From NCBI GenBank assembly GCA_038745065.1, contig JBCDLT010000007.1:11320-75319 (forward strand): a stretch of DNA of 64,000 bases, written 5' to 3'. The notes beneath the pieces are model-generated. The model searched no databases. It worked only from the letters and a program-made list of their open reading frames with translations, and was not told the origin of the DNA. Of this stretch, positions 20,238-30,135 are shown piece by piece; position 1 is the first letter of the stretch; every line of letters begins with the position of its first letter. Source of the stretch: Pseudomonadota bacterium (lineage in GTDB: Bacteria; Pseudomonadota; Alphaproteobacteria; Rhizobiales; JANQQB01). Both the position numbers and the translations under genes were made by a program.

Positions 20238-21701
20238 TCAGTCTCGCAGTTTGACCACCACTGAGGAATCGTCCGGCTGGGTCTCGTCGTGCTCGGCGCC
20301 CGGAGCATAGCCCTCCTCGACCGACACATCGTCCTGCGGTTCCGCCGGCTCGTCGGCCGGGTCGGATGAGCCGCGCTCGAAACCGGCCGTCGCTTCTTCC
20401 ATGGCCATCTGATAGCTGGAAATCAGCGATTTCAGTTCCACGATCTGGTCTTCCGCCGTGCCGAACTTGATCCGGTATTGCTGCAGTTTCTTGTTTTCCT
20501 CGACCAGCTCTTCGATGTTTTCGGCGTAGCGCTGGTTCTGCTTCTTTTCGTGGTTCAGGTCGGTCAGCGTTGAATTGTAGCGCAGGTTGAGCTCGCGCAG
20601 TTTGGCGTTGGCGCCAAGCAATTCCGTCCGGTCGCTGTCGTGGTTCTTCTGGGCCGCATCGAGAAGGTGTTCGATTTCCTGCAGCCGGGCGATAAGGTCG
20701 CGGTTTCGTTCCTTGAGTTTCTTGTTCTCGTCGGTGACGTCCTTGAGCGTCTGGGCTCCGATCCGACGTTGCGAGCTGAGGTTCTCGATTTCCGAATTCA
20801 GCGAATAGACTTCATTGTCGTGCTTGCGCTGTTCTTCTTCGAAACGCGACTTGTTGAACTCGAGCTCGTGGGAAGCGACGTCGAGCTTCGATTTCAGGTC
20901 GATGTTCGAGTTCCGTGTCTCGGTAAGCTCGCGCTTGATCGCTTCCAGGTCGTTTGTGATCTTCTGGTTCTTGCGGATTTCTTCTTCAAGCAGCGCACTG
21001 CTTTCCGAAAGGTTCTGCTGCAACTCGGATTCACGCTTCGACAGCGCTTCGAGTTCCGCCTTCACGCTTTCGGAATGCTCTTCCAGTGAGCGGAATTTGG
21101 CCTGCAGATCCGCGTGCGAATCGGTTACCTCGGCCAGCCTTGAATTGGCGTCGACCAGCTTGGCGCTTTGCGCCCGGTACTCCTCGTTGACCTTCTTGTT
21201 GTTCTCGCGGATCGAAATGATGTCGTTACGGGCTTCCTCGAGCGCCGTGCGGGTTTCGGTTCCGCGCTTGCGCAGGGCGTGGACCTGGGCGTCGCTTTCC
21301 TGCAACTGCGTCGTCAGTGATTCGACCTGGTAGGACAGGTCCATCACATTCGTGGACAACTTGGCGTTTTCGCTTTTCAGCCTGATTTCGGTTTCCAGGT
21401 TCGACTTCGACGCTTCGATGAACTCGATCAGCGCGCCGACGCTGTTGCCCGATTCGCTGGTGAGTGCACTGATCTGCTCGAAGGCGCGATTCAGCGTACC
21501 GATACGCGCCTTCAGGCTGTCCAGTTTGCGTTGTCTTTCCTGCAGTTTCAGGGCCAGCGGCGATATCGTCTCGACATTGGACGCCGCGCCGTCCTGCCGC
21601 ATATCCGCCGGCGGCCGCATGTCGAGAGCCGCCTCTCCGACACCGACCGATCCGTCCTGTTCACTCCCCGGATCCTTGGGGGACTTTGAAAAAATGCCCA
21701 T
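20238..21701 (-). CDS. Long coiled-coil protein (hypothetical)
   Basis: The start is taken at ATG 21701 (MGIFSKSPKD...). About 380 central residues form a continuous E/K/L/Q-rich heptad-like helix. Both termini are acidic and disordered. No enzymatic motif is present. Confidence 0.7.
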   Translation of the reverse strand: MGIFSKSPKDPGSEQDGSVGVGEAALDMRPPADMRQDGAASNVETISPLALKLQERQRKLDSLKARIGTLNRAFEQISALTSESGNSVGALIEFIEASKSNLETEIRLKSENAKLSTNVMDLSYQVESLTTQLQESDAQVHALRKRGTETRTALEEARNDIISIRENNKKVNEEYRAQSAKLVDANSRLAEVTDSHADLQAKFRSLEEHSESVKAELEALSKRESELQQNLSESSALLEEEIRKNQKITNDLEAIKRELTETRNSNIDLKSKLDVASHELEFNKSRFEEEQRKHDNEVYSLNSEIENLSSQRRIGAQTLKDVTDENKKLKERNRDLIARLQEIEHLLDAAQKNHDSDRTELLGANAKLRELNLRYNSTLTDLNHEKKQNQRYAENIEELVEENKKLQQYRIKFGTAEDQIVELKSLISSYQMAMEEATAGFERGSSDPADEPAEPQDDVSVEEGYAPGAEHDETQPDDSSVVVKLRD

Positions 21702-21755
21702 GGTATGACCCCTGTTACCATCCGACCGCATTTGGGCAGCCGCCACTCCCGTTCG

Positions 21756-21771
21756 TTAACACCACGTTAAC
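21756..21771. promoter_or_regulatory. CtrA-type box TTAA-N7-TTAAC
   Basis: The sequence ttaa caccacg ttaac matches the full consensus exactly. It lies 55-70 nt upstream of the coiled-coil gene start. A further GTTAAC half-site lies near 21812. Confidence 0.4.
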
Positions 21772-22174
21772 CAATTCACCTGCAAACATCCAACGCTTTG
21801 TCTCGTGGTATGGTTAACGGCGGGACTGTTTCCGCAGGTCTTTTCACGACCCGAATCCATCGCCGATTGCCATACGATACGGATGAAGTAGCCCGGTACC
21901 CGAACCGTCCCGAGGCCATGCTTCCGGACGCCGCCACGCGTTTGGGGAGGAACAGGGTTACGCCAGCCGTTGAACGACGGTGTGCAGGCGCCATCGTTTC
22001 CGCACGCTGGCGTTAAGGATTACAGCAAAAATGTGTCGAAAAAAACGCGATGCACCGGTTTTTTAGCGGAGGGTCGCCACAATCCCCCGACAAGGGTGAA
22101 CCGGAGGTATCAACGAAAATTAAATTTTGCCCTTCGGTTGCAACGGCCGGTCACGGTCGTCTGCCCGAAAATGG

Positions 22175-22471
22175 TCAGGGACCGATCAGCACCGTGAAAC
22201 AGCCTGTCGTAATCGCACCCATTTTGGCCGTCGGATCGCCGATGCGGGCCGCCATCAGATTGTTGATGTAGACCGTCGGCGATCCCATGATGATGACGTC
22301 GACCGGCGCCGGCGGCGGACCCACGCAGGCACACCGGTCCGTCTGGCGCGCGGCGGGCAATTTACCGATGATGGTATTGAACGAAGTCGGCGGAATGATC
22401 GGCAGCCCCGGTGGCACAGGTGTCATGGGGCACATGTGCATGTCGCCAAGACGGGCGGATGGGCGTCCCAT
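22175..22471 (-). CDS. PAAR domain-containing protein (minimal, 98 aa)
   Basis: ARLGDMHMCP, GKLPAARQTD, CVGPP, SPTVYINNLMAARIGDP and TVLIG are the three PAAR-repeat signatures. GGAG lies 9 nt upstream of the ATG. Confidence 0.85.
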   Translation of the reverse strand: MGRPSARLGDMHMCPMTPVPPGLPIIPPTSFNTIIGKLPAARQTDRCACVGPPPAPVDVIIMGSPTVYINNLMAARIGDPTAKMGAITTGCFTVLIGP

Positions 22472-22583
22472 ATCATAAACTCCAACATACGGTGCGGTGT
22501 TCGTCTCTACATATCAGCACGAATTTGCAAAATTCCATAGGTCAACGCGCAATTCTATTGTGGTTATTCATGAATTGGGTTGT

Positions 22584-24236
22584 TTAGGCTGCCGAAGCAT
22601 TGCTGCGCTTTGCCGCTTCTTCTTCCACCAATTCCTTCTTCGACAGCTTTCCGACCGTGGTTTTCGGTAATTCGTCGCGAATTTCGATTTCCTCCGGGCG
22701 TTCGATTACCGACAGGTGGTCCTTAAGGAAAGCGTGCAATGCGTCGGGCGTGACGTTCCCGCCCTCGACCAGTTTGACGAACAGTTTCGGCGCCTGTCCG
22801 CGATAATCGTCGGGCACGGCAATGGCGATTGCTTCGGCGACATCCGGATGCTGATACGCCGCTTCTTCGATGACCCGCGGATAGACGTTGTAACCCGAAC
22901 AGATGATCAGATCCTTGATGCGGTCGACGAGGAAGATATAGCCGTCCTCGTCGACATATCCGACATCGCCGGTCCGCAGCCAGCCGTCTTTCAGAACGTC
23001 GCCGGTTTCCTCCGGCCGGTTCCAGTAACCGAGCATGACCTGCGGGCCGCGAATGCACAATTCGCCGCGCTCGCCTTGAGGCATCGCCTTTTCAGGATCT
23101 TCCAGGTCGCGGATTTCGATCGTCGTGCCGACCATCGGCAAGCCGATCGAGCCCTCCTTTGAGATCCCGTCGAACGGGTTGCAGGCGGCGATCGGCGAGG
23201 TCTCCGTCAGGCCGTAGCCCTCGACGAGCTTGCAACCGGACTTGCGCTCGAATTCCTGTTTGACCTCGATGGGCAGCGGCGCCCCGCCGGAAATGCAGTG
23301 ATGGATCGAGGACAGGTCGTAGCGTGCGATATCCGGCGCGTTGTTGATCGCCGTATAAAGCGTCGGTACGCCGGGAAAGATCGTCGGCTTTGTCCGGGCG
23401 ATCGTATCGAGCAATTGTTTGATCTCGAACCGCGGGAGCAGGACCATCTGCGCACCGACCAGGACGGCAAGGTTCTGGGCGCACGTCATGGCAAAGACGT
23501 GGAAGAACGGGAGCATGCAAAGTATGCGCTCCTGGCCCAGTTCTGCGGTGTGGAAGAAGGTGCGCATCTGTTCCATGTTGGCCGATACGTTGGCGTGCGA
23601 CAGCATTGCGCCTTTCGGTCGGCCGGTCGTACCGCCGGTGTATTGGAGAACGGCCACATCGCGCGCCGGATCGATTTCGACGGCCTCGCAGGCCCCGTCA
23701 TTGTCGATCAGGCTGTCATAGGTCACATGCGCTTCGTCGACCGGATATGCCGCCTTTTCCTTGCGTTTGAAGAGATTGAAGAGCAGGTTTTTCGGAAACG
23801 GCAGCGCATCCGCCATCGGACAGATGATGAGCGTCTTCAGCGCGCCTTCCCGGCGAACGGCCTCGACCTTGTCATAGATGACCTTCAGGTCGAGCGTGAC
23901 CATGATGTCGGTCTCGGAATTGGTCGCCTGAAACGTCAGTTCGCGCTCCACGTAGAGCGGATTGTAGTTCACGACCGTGCCGCCGGCCTTCAGGATCGCG
24001 AAATAGAACACCGTGAAATACGGAATGTTGGGCAGGCAAATGCCGACCTTTACGCCCTTCTTGACACCCCGGGATTGCAGACCTTTTGCGGCGCGGTCGA
24101 CCAGCGCGCCGATTTCGCCATAGGTCGTCGTCTTGCCGAAAAAGTCGGTCGCGGGTCGGTCCGCGTAGAGCCGGGCCGCATCGTCCATGTAATCGGGAAG
24201 CGGGCGCGGCACGTAGGTGTCGAGCCAATCGGCCAT
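22584..24236 (-). CDS. Long-chain fatty acid-CoA ligase (AMP-binding enzyme)
   Basis: AMP-binding motifs are present: LQYTGGTTGRPKGAMLSH, GYGLTE, TGDVGYVDEDGY and PKTTVGKLSKKEL. Confidence 0.9.
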   Translation of the reverse strand: MADWLDTYVPRPLPDYMDDAARLYADRPATDFFGKTTTYGEIGALVDRAAKGLQSRGVKKGVKVGICLPNIPYFTVFYFAILKAGGTVVNYNPLYVERELTFQATNSETDIMVTLDLKVIYDKVEAVRREGALKTLIICPMADALPFPKNLLFNLFKRKEKAAYPVDEAHVTYDSLIDNDGACEAVEIDPARDVAVLQYTGGTTGRPKGAMLSHANVSANMEQMRTFFHTAELGQERILCMLPFFHVFAMTCAQNLAVLVGAQMVLLPRFEIKQLLDTIARTKPTIFPGVPTLYTAINNAPDIARYDLSSIHHCISGGAPLPIEVKQEFERKSGCKLVEGYGLTETSPIAACNPFDGISKEGSIGLPMVGTTIEIRDLEDPEKAMPQGERGELCIRGPQVMLGYWNRPEETGDVLKDGWLRTGDVGYVDEDGYIFLVDRIKDLIICSGYNVYPRVIEEAAYQHPDVAEAIAIAVPDDYRGQAPKLFVKLVEGGNVTPDALHAFLKDHLSVIERPEEIEIRDELPKTTVGKLSKKELVEEEAAKRSNASAA

Positions 24237-24399
24237 GATGCGTTCCTCCTCGGAGCTCCCTTCGGTCCAAGAGGTCAGCCCCTGTTATTGATCCGGAACG
24301 GCCGCGCCGGCCGATCCGATTCCCCTATAATGCCTTACATAGGAGTGCGGCACAAAGTGTCGAAAACCGGGAGCGAGGAACAGGCCGGACGATCGCCGG

Positions 24400-25317
24400 T
24401 CAGGACAGGGCGGCGCCTGTCGATTCCTCGGCAAAGCTGGTGACCACGTGGTCGGCGAAGGCGCTGGCGGCCGGTCCCAGCGATGGCCCGCGTTTCAATC
24501 CCATCTGGTAGCCGCCGATCGGCGGCAGGCCATGGCGTTCGTCCAACCGTCTGAGCGGCACTTCGATCAGCGATACCGGGAACGGCGCAATCGCAAGATC
24601 GGCGAGGATGGCGGCCCGCTGTCCGGCCCAATGCGGGCTGGTATAGGCGACCCGATAGGCAAGCCCGCTGTCTTCCAGGGCCGCAAATGCCGCGACACGC
24701 CAGGAACAGTCGAAATCCGCGAGCGCCAACGGAATCGGATCGCGCCGGTGCGCGCACCCGCCGGTAAGGCCGGCCCAGACCAGTTTTTCACGAGCCACCA
24801 CTTCCACGCCGTCACTCGGTCTTTCCTCTTCGCCGAGCGTGATCAACGTCAGATCCAGTTCGCCACGGTCCATCAGATCCAGCAACCGTTTGCTCGATTC
24901 CATCGTGACGTCGACCTGGACGGCCGAATGGGTCTGCGCAAAACGGGCAAGAATGGCCGGCAGGCGCCGGGTCCCGAAATCGTCCGGCGCGCCGATCCGG
25001 ACAACGCCCTCGATGGGCGGTGAGCGAAAATGCCGAACCGCTTCCTCGTTGAGCGCCAGAATGCGCCGCGCGAATCCGGTCAATGCTTCGCCATCGCCGG
25101 TCAGATGCACGGACCGGCTGTCGCGAATGAACAGCGGCCGCTGAAGCACGTCTTCCAGTTTTTTGATCTGCATGCTCACAGCCGAGGGCGTTCGGAACAC
25201 GCAATGCGCAGCTTTTGTGAAACTACGGGTTTCGGCAACTGCCAGGAATGTGCGCAACAGGTCTATATCAAGGTCGGGAAGCGTCGAGGATTCCTGTAGG
25301 GCCATCGTTCGATCCAT
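24400..25317 (-). CDS. LysR family transcriptional regulator
   Basis: The HTH is LLRTFLAVAETRSFTKAAHCVFRTPSAVSMQIKKLE. The start is taken at ATG 25317 (alternative 25305); the longer track ORF extends into the AT-rich promoter region. Confidence 0.85.
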   Translation of the reverse strand: MDRTMALQESSTLPDLDIDLLRTFLAVAETRSFTKAAHCVFRTPSAVSMQIKKLEDVLQRPLFIRDSRSVHLTGDGEALTGFARRILALNEEAVRHFRSPPIEGVVRIGAPDDFGTRRLPAILARFAQTHSAVQVDVTMESSKRLLDLMDRGELDLTLITLGEEERPSDGVEVVAREKLVWAGLTGGCAHRRDPIPLALADFDCSWRVAAFAALEDSGLAYRVAYTSPHWAGQRAAILADLAIAPFPVSLIEVPLRRLDERHGLPPIGGYQMGLKRGPSLGPAASAFADHVVTSFAEESTGAALS

Positions 25318-25471
25318 CGATAAGATATTTTGAATAATCAGTTCAATTCTTTTCGTTTGTTTGAAACGATAGACTGACCCATATTCCGAAACAAGACAAA
25401 AAACTTCGAAATTTCCGCCTGTTACATCGCTTCGACGCGGCTTGAGCGCCTCGTCGGATAAGGAGACCGCC

Positions 25472-25744
25472 ATGGCTTACGCCCTCGACACGTCGCACTC
25501 CCCGCGCTTTGCAGACACTGGCACGGGCTCGATATTTTCACGGTTCGGCACGATTTGGGCACGGATAAAGGAATACCGCGACAGGCGAGACGCTTTTGCC
25601 GTGCTGCTGCATCTTGACGAGCGCATGCTGGACGATATCGGCCTCAGCCGCGGCGACATTCAGTGGGCCGCCCGTCTGCCGCTGAAGGTCAACGCCGCCC
25701 TCGAACTGCGCCGGATCTCGGAAAACCGGAAGTCGACTCGTTAA
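25472..25744 (+). CDS. DUF1127 domain-containing small protein
   Basis: LDERMLDDIGLSRGDI is the DUF1127 signature. The ATG at 25472 has AGGAGA upstream. The gene is divergent from the LysR gene. Confidence 0.8.
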   Translation: MAYALDTSHSPRFADTGTGSIFSRFGTIWARIKEYRDRRDAFAVLLHLDERMLDDIGLSRGDIQWAARLPLKVNAALELRRISENRKSTR

Positions 25745-25768
25745 TCGCCGACCCCTTTGGCGAAAACT

Positions 25769-25803
25769 GCCCCCGTCATCGTTCGGTGCCGGGGGCTTTT
25801 TTT
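25769..25803 (+). terminator. Rho-independent terminator
   Basis: A gcccccg ... cgggggc stem followed by a T7 run, 25 nt after the DUF1127 stop. Confidence 0.7.
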
Positions 25804-26166
25804 ATGCAAGACAATCGCCGACCCGTGAGCCGGATCCAGCCGACGACGGCAACGGATCCCGGCAACCGGTTACCGCATCGTTTGCCTGCCGGCCGTCCCG
25901 ACTTCGCAACGCCTAACGCAAGCCGCTACCCGCCTTGCGGCCATATCCCCAAAGACCTCAAACTTTTTAAAATTGAGACTGTGGTCCATTAAAGCAGCCT
26001 CGCCTCCCGTGTAACATGTAACACGTACTCACTCGCAAACTGTGCGGCTGCCACACACCGCACACGGGATCGGTAAGGCTTTGCAGGGAACACGCACAAT
26101 GTCTGTCTCGCAATCCGTAGGTGATGGCTGCTTTTGTGGCGCGCGGTCGCCGCTTGAGGAATTCGG

Positions 26167-27261
26167 TTGGTGACCGCGCAGCGCTTGCTTAAGACACAGG
26201 CAGCGCCAAGTCCGGACCCGACCCTGACGCCAACGGCCGAGCTCGACACCACGAAAGTCGAGGCGGAACGGCGTGCCGATCTCTTCCTGAGCCATTTATA
26301 CCCGGGCCTGCCGACGGTCATCGATCTAAAGGGCAAGCTCGATTTCAATGTGCAATTGCAGCAGTGGAGGCTGCCGAACATCCTGTTTTGCCGCAAGACG
26401 TCGGACGCGTTTCGAAGCGCCTATACAATCCAGACGGACCCGGCGACCAGGCTTGATATCGTTATGATCCGGATGCTGCTCAGCGGTTCGATCAAGGGCG
26501 TCGTCGGCAACAGCGTCGTCCGTGTGAACAGCGGCGATATGTATGTGATGGACTACAACGCGTCGGCTACCATGTCCGTATCGGCGTCTGAGATGATGAC
26601 GCTTTACCTGCCCTACGATGCCATCGGATACGACCCGGATCCATCCTGCCCGTTCCGGCACATCGGCGCCGATACATCCGTTGGCCGCGTGCTTTCGAGC
26701 ATCATGCAGGGTTTTGCATCGGCGCTGCCCGACACTGCGCTCTCGGATGTCGGGCGTCTGGAACGCAGCGTCCTGAACGCGACGACCGCGCTGCTTGCCA
26801 ACGCGGAAGCGCCGGACGGCACGAGCACGGCGCCGGCTGACAGCCGGCGTTCGGCAATCGCCGATCATATCCGGCAGACGCTTGGCGCCGAGCAGGTCGA
26901 TGTCGAAGCTCTATGCCGCAAGTTCTCGATTTCGCGCGCGACGCTTTACCGGGACATGGCGCCGTTGGGCGGCGTTGAAAAGTTCGCTGCCGAGTGCCGG
27001 CTTGACGCCGCCTATAGGGAACTGGCGGGTGGACCGGCCCGCCGCGGCATGATTCGCGCCATTGCGGAACGCTGGGGATACTTCGATCCCTCCCACTTTA
27101 ACCGGTGCTTCCGACAGAAATTCGGCATCTCTCCGTCCGACGTGCCGCTCGCCGAGTACGACATCGCGGCCCGGCGCTACACCGGAACGCCTGTGATAGG
27201 AGAGATGGGCTCCCTGCCGCATATGCTGTATTCAATCCACCGGCACAGGAAGACGGCTTGA
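26167..27261 (+). CDS. AraC family transcriptional regulator
   Basis: The C-terminus reads FSISRATLYRDMAPLGGVEKFAAECRLDAA...WGYFDPSHFNRCFRQKFGISPSDV. The TTG start from the track is uncertain. Confidence 0.78.
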   Translation: MVTAQRLLKTQAAPSPDPTLTPTAELDTTKVEAERRADLFLSHLYPGLPTVIDLKGKLDFNVQLQQWRLPNILFCRKTSDAFRSAYTIQTDPATRLDIVMIRMLLSGSIKGVVGNSVVRVNSGDMYVMDYNASATMSVSASEMMTLYLPYDAIGYDPDPSCPFRHIGADTSVGRVLSSIMQGFASALPDTALSDVGRLERSVLNATTALLANAEAPDGTSTAPADSRRSAIADHIRQTLGAEQVDVEALCRKFSISRATLYRDMAPLGGVEKFAAECRLDAAYRELAGGPARRGMIRAIAERWGYFDPSHFNRCFRQKFGISPSDVPLAEYDIAARRYTGTPVIGEMGSLPHMLYSIHRHRKTA

Positions 27262-27326
27262 GCGCCGGGCGCCTGTGCAGGACGGGATCGCCACGGTTGG
27301 AGTAAAACAACCGACCGGCAGAACGA

Positions 27327-27899
27327 TTATGCGCGGCCATGCCCGAGACAGGTCTGTGTGACGGGCTTGATCAATTGCCAGGCAATCAGATCGAAGGAAT
27401 CCGGATCGTTCATGTTCTTGACTGTGACGAGCGCTCCGCAAAGGCTCGCGATCACTGCAGCCGGATGTTTGTCTTCGTGCTTGCAACGAAGCGCCCGCCG
27501 GATCCACTCTGCCAGTTTTCGGTAATAGTCCCGCGTCACCCGCGCGACGGAAGGCGGTAATCCTGTCACTTCCGCGCCATACAGACTGCACAGGCACATT
27601 TCGCCATCCTCTGCCGCGGCATTCGAGTACGCAGCGACAAGGCGTTCCATGGCGTCTTGCGCGCCTGGATCGCCGAGGATGTCGATAGTTTGGCTCGTAT
27701 AGCGCTCGACCAGGGCGGCGGACAGGTCCGACCTGTCCGCGAAATGCCGAAGGACGTCGGCCTCGCCAATCCCGCACCTTTCAGCCGTGTCGGCTACGCT
27801 GAAACCGAAATACCCGAAACGTCGGGCGAGCGGTTCAGCGGCATCCAGAATACGGGTCCGTTCCGAAAGGGCATCCGGAAAATCGGTTGACGAAGACAT
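27327..27899 (-). CDS. TetR/AcrR family transcriptional regulator
   Basis: The N-terminal HTH is RILDAAEPLARRFGYFGFSVADTAERCGIGEADVLRHF. Length is 190 aa. Confidence 0.8.
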   Translation of the reverse strand: MSSSTDFPDALSERTRILDAAEPLARRFGYFGFSVADTAERCGIGEADVLRHFADRSDLSAALVERYTSQTIDILGDPGAQDAMERLVAAYSNAAAEDGEMCLCSLYGAEVTGLPPSVARVTRDYYRKLAEWIRRALRCKHEDKHPAAVIASLCGALVTVKNMNDPDSFDLIAWQLIKPVTQTCLGHGRA

Positions 27900-28015
27900 C
27901 GATTGGCACCCTCAATACCTGAAAATCGGATTGCAGGCGCCGGTCAATGCCTGCGATCTTGTTCCAGGCATATGACTACGAGATTAGGGATAGGTAAAGC
28001 CCGGCAGGATTGCGT

Positions 28016-29092
28016 CTAGCGACTGTTGAGCCAGTCTTCAAGACGAATTCCACCTGTTACGGTGTTACGTTCGGTGCATTCCGCTTGCTCTGCCGTCCGT
28101 GCCCCTGTCGCGGCCGCCTCGCCGAGAAAATCGATCGGCGGCGCACCGTAATGGCTCCTGAACGCGTTTGAAAAACGGCTCAGATCGGTAAACCCGCATG
28201 CACGGGCGACGCGTCCTACCTGTCCCCGGCGTGCCGGCCCCTTGGCCAGTTCGAGAAGGGCCCGGTGAAGGCGTTGAACGAGGATGTACCGGCCAATGCC
28301 GCCATCGGCATGAAACTCCCGGTACACCGTTGCACGGGATGCGGCAAAGGCGGCACAGACCGATCGGCAATTCAGGTCCGGATCCGAAATGTTCTCGCGT
28401 ACAAACGTGCGCAGTGCGCGGCTCCGGGCCTGATGCAAGAGCGCCTGGGCTTCCCCGCACCGCCATTGGCCGTCGATCGCCGCGCGTACGATGCCGGCAA
28501 AGGCGTTGCCGAGCTTACGTCCGGTTTCCGGCGTCGTCTCCGACAATTGCGACAAGGTCGCGTCGAGCGCGTTTTTGATGACCTTGCCCAGGCCCGACGT
28601 CTCCTGGAACCGGCGTTGCCCGATCTGGTTCGCTGAAGCCACGCCGACAGCGTCATACGGCAAATAGACCGTCACCTGTTCCAGGTCTCCGGTCACCGTG
28701 TCATAGCGGCCGCTATGCGGGTGGATATGGATATCGCCGGTCTGAAGCCGCACGGGCTCGTCGTCGAGCAGGCCGAACAGCCTGGCTTTCTGGAAATAGC
28801 TCAACACCAGCGTTTCGGATGCCGGCCGCCGCGATTCGATTTTGTATCGCCGATCCTTTCCAGGCAGGAAGCGGGTCTGCGAGAATGTGACCGCGCCGGT
28901 ACGCCAGGCATCCAGGGACGCATCCAGAGACGGCGAATGGTTGCTCAAGGGGCTGATATGGAAGCCCGGCTGGTTCAAGTCGTGCCAGAACTCAAACTGC
29001 TGTTCGGCCGGAACATCTGAAGTTTTCAGAGACAGACGAGGGATACCATGAGACGCGGCACCCTCATAATCGATAACCGTCACGTCATACAC
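28016..29092 (-). CDS. AraC family transcriptional regulator
   Basis: The C-terminus reads AFAASRATVYREFHADGGIGRYILVQRLHRA...CGFTDLSRFSNAFRSHYGAPP. The first roughly 105 aa of the track ORF look non-coding. I propose the GTG at 29092 (VYDVTVIDYEG...), but the start is uncertain. Confidence 0.7.
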   Translation of the reverse strand: MYDVTVIDYEGAASHGIPRLSLKTSDVPAEQQFEFWHDLNQPGFHISPLSNHSPSLDASLDAWRTGAVTFSQTRFLPGKDRRYKIESRRPASETLVLSYFQKARLFGLLDDEPVRLQTGDIHIHPHSGRYDTVTGDLEQVTVYLPYDAVGVASANQIGQRRFQETSGLGKVIKNALDATLSQLSETTPETGRKLGNAFAGIVRAAIDGQWRCGEAQALLHQARSRALRTFVRENISDPDLNCRSVCAAFAASRATVYREFHADGGIGRYILVQRLHRALLELAKGPARRGQVGRVARACGFTDLSRFSNAFRSHYGAPPIDFLGEAAATGARTAEQAECTERNTVTGGIRLEDWLNSR

Positions 29093-29508
29093 CTTCCGGG
29101 GGAGTTGCGCTTCTTGTTTTACCGCCGGGCACTTTCCACACCAGTGCAGCCTGGTCACACCTACTTCTGATGGCTGCGCCTGACCCGCAGGTGGAATCTT
29201 GGATCGATCGGTATCGTGTCGATCGCTGCCCCCACCTGCGGCACCGACACAGTAAGACCAGAGGAAGCCGAAACAAACAAGCTCGGTATTTCCCGTGCGG
29301 AACCGCCCGACCAGCCCCGCATATTGTACTAACACGACCCTGCCCGTTGAGTCGGAATTTACACTATTTACGCGAATTGTCGGCAGGTTGATTGTAAAAA
29401 ACGTAGAGAGCAAAAATTGTCAAGAACAACTGACGGTTTTCCTGACATATGGGGCCACTGTCTTTGGCCATGGCAACGAGGCTGCAGCGCCTGGAAGCGA
29501 CACAACGG

Positions 29509-30135
29509 TCAGACGACCAGCCGTTCTCCGGAGACGGGCACCTGTTCCGGCAATCCGAATTCGCGCCCGCATTCCGCGATCAGGCACCACAGGTAATCGG
29601 CCATCGACCAGCGCACGATAATGTCGAAAACCGGTCCGCCTTCGGCGCCGTCGCCGCCGCTCTGGTAGAGCACGGCCTGGGTGTGCATAAGCAGGGTCCC
29701 GCGCACTTCACCGGCCTTGAATGCTCGTTCGTGCAGGTCGAGCATCGTCAGCTTCATCAGGATTTCCCGCGCACGGGGGCCCGATAGCGCAAGGATCGTA
29801 TAATAGTCGGTGACGTCGGCGATCTGATGGTGCGCCCCGGACAGAGCCTGTGCGAGGGCATGCTGCACGCCCGCCTCCTCGCCTTTGCCGGTCAGCACCA
29901 TCCACTGGTCCGGGCTCAGCCACAAAAGGGTCGCGGAGGAGCCCGAAGCGGTTTCCGGCGATTTCTCCGGCAGCGTTATGCCGAGGGCCTTGTCGACACC
30001 CGCCCGCACCTGATCGGGTTTGCCGCGCAGGATTAATTTGCCGGGAAAGTCCCGGATCTCCAATCGGGCACGCCCGGCCGGATCGGCCAGCGTTTCGCGT
30101 CCTTCGAGCGGCGAGCGGCGCACGGGCGGGGTCAT
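29509..30135 (-). CDS. soxG: Sarcosine oxidase subunit gamma
   Basis: 208 aa, overlapping the soxA stop by ATGA. It is the last gene of the soxBDAG order and has the typical SoxG length and composition. Confidence 0.85.
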   Translation of the reverse strand: MTPPVRRSPLEGRETLADPAGRARLEIRDFPGKLILRGKPDQVRAGVDKALGITLPEKSPETASGSSATLLWLSPDQWMVLTGKGEEAGVQHALAQALSGAHHQIADVTDYYTILALSGPRAREILMKLTMLDLHERAFKAGEVRGTLLMHTQAVLYQSGGDGAEGGPVFDIIVRWSMADYLWCLIAECGREFGLPEQVPVSGERLVV

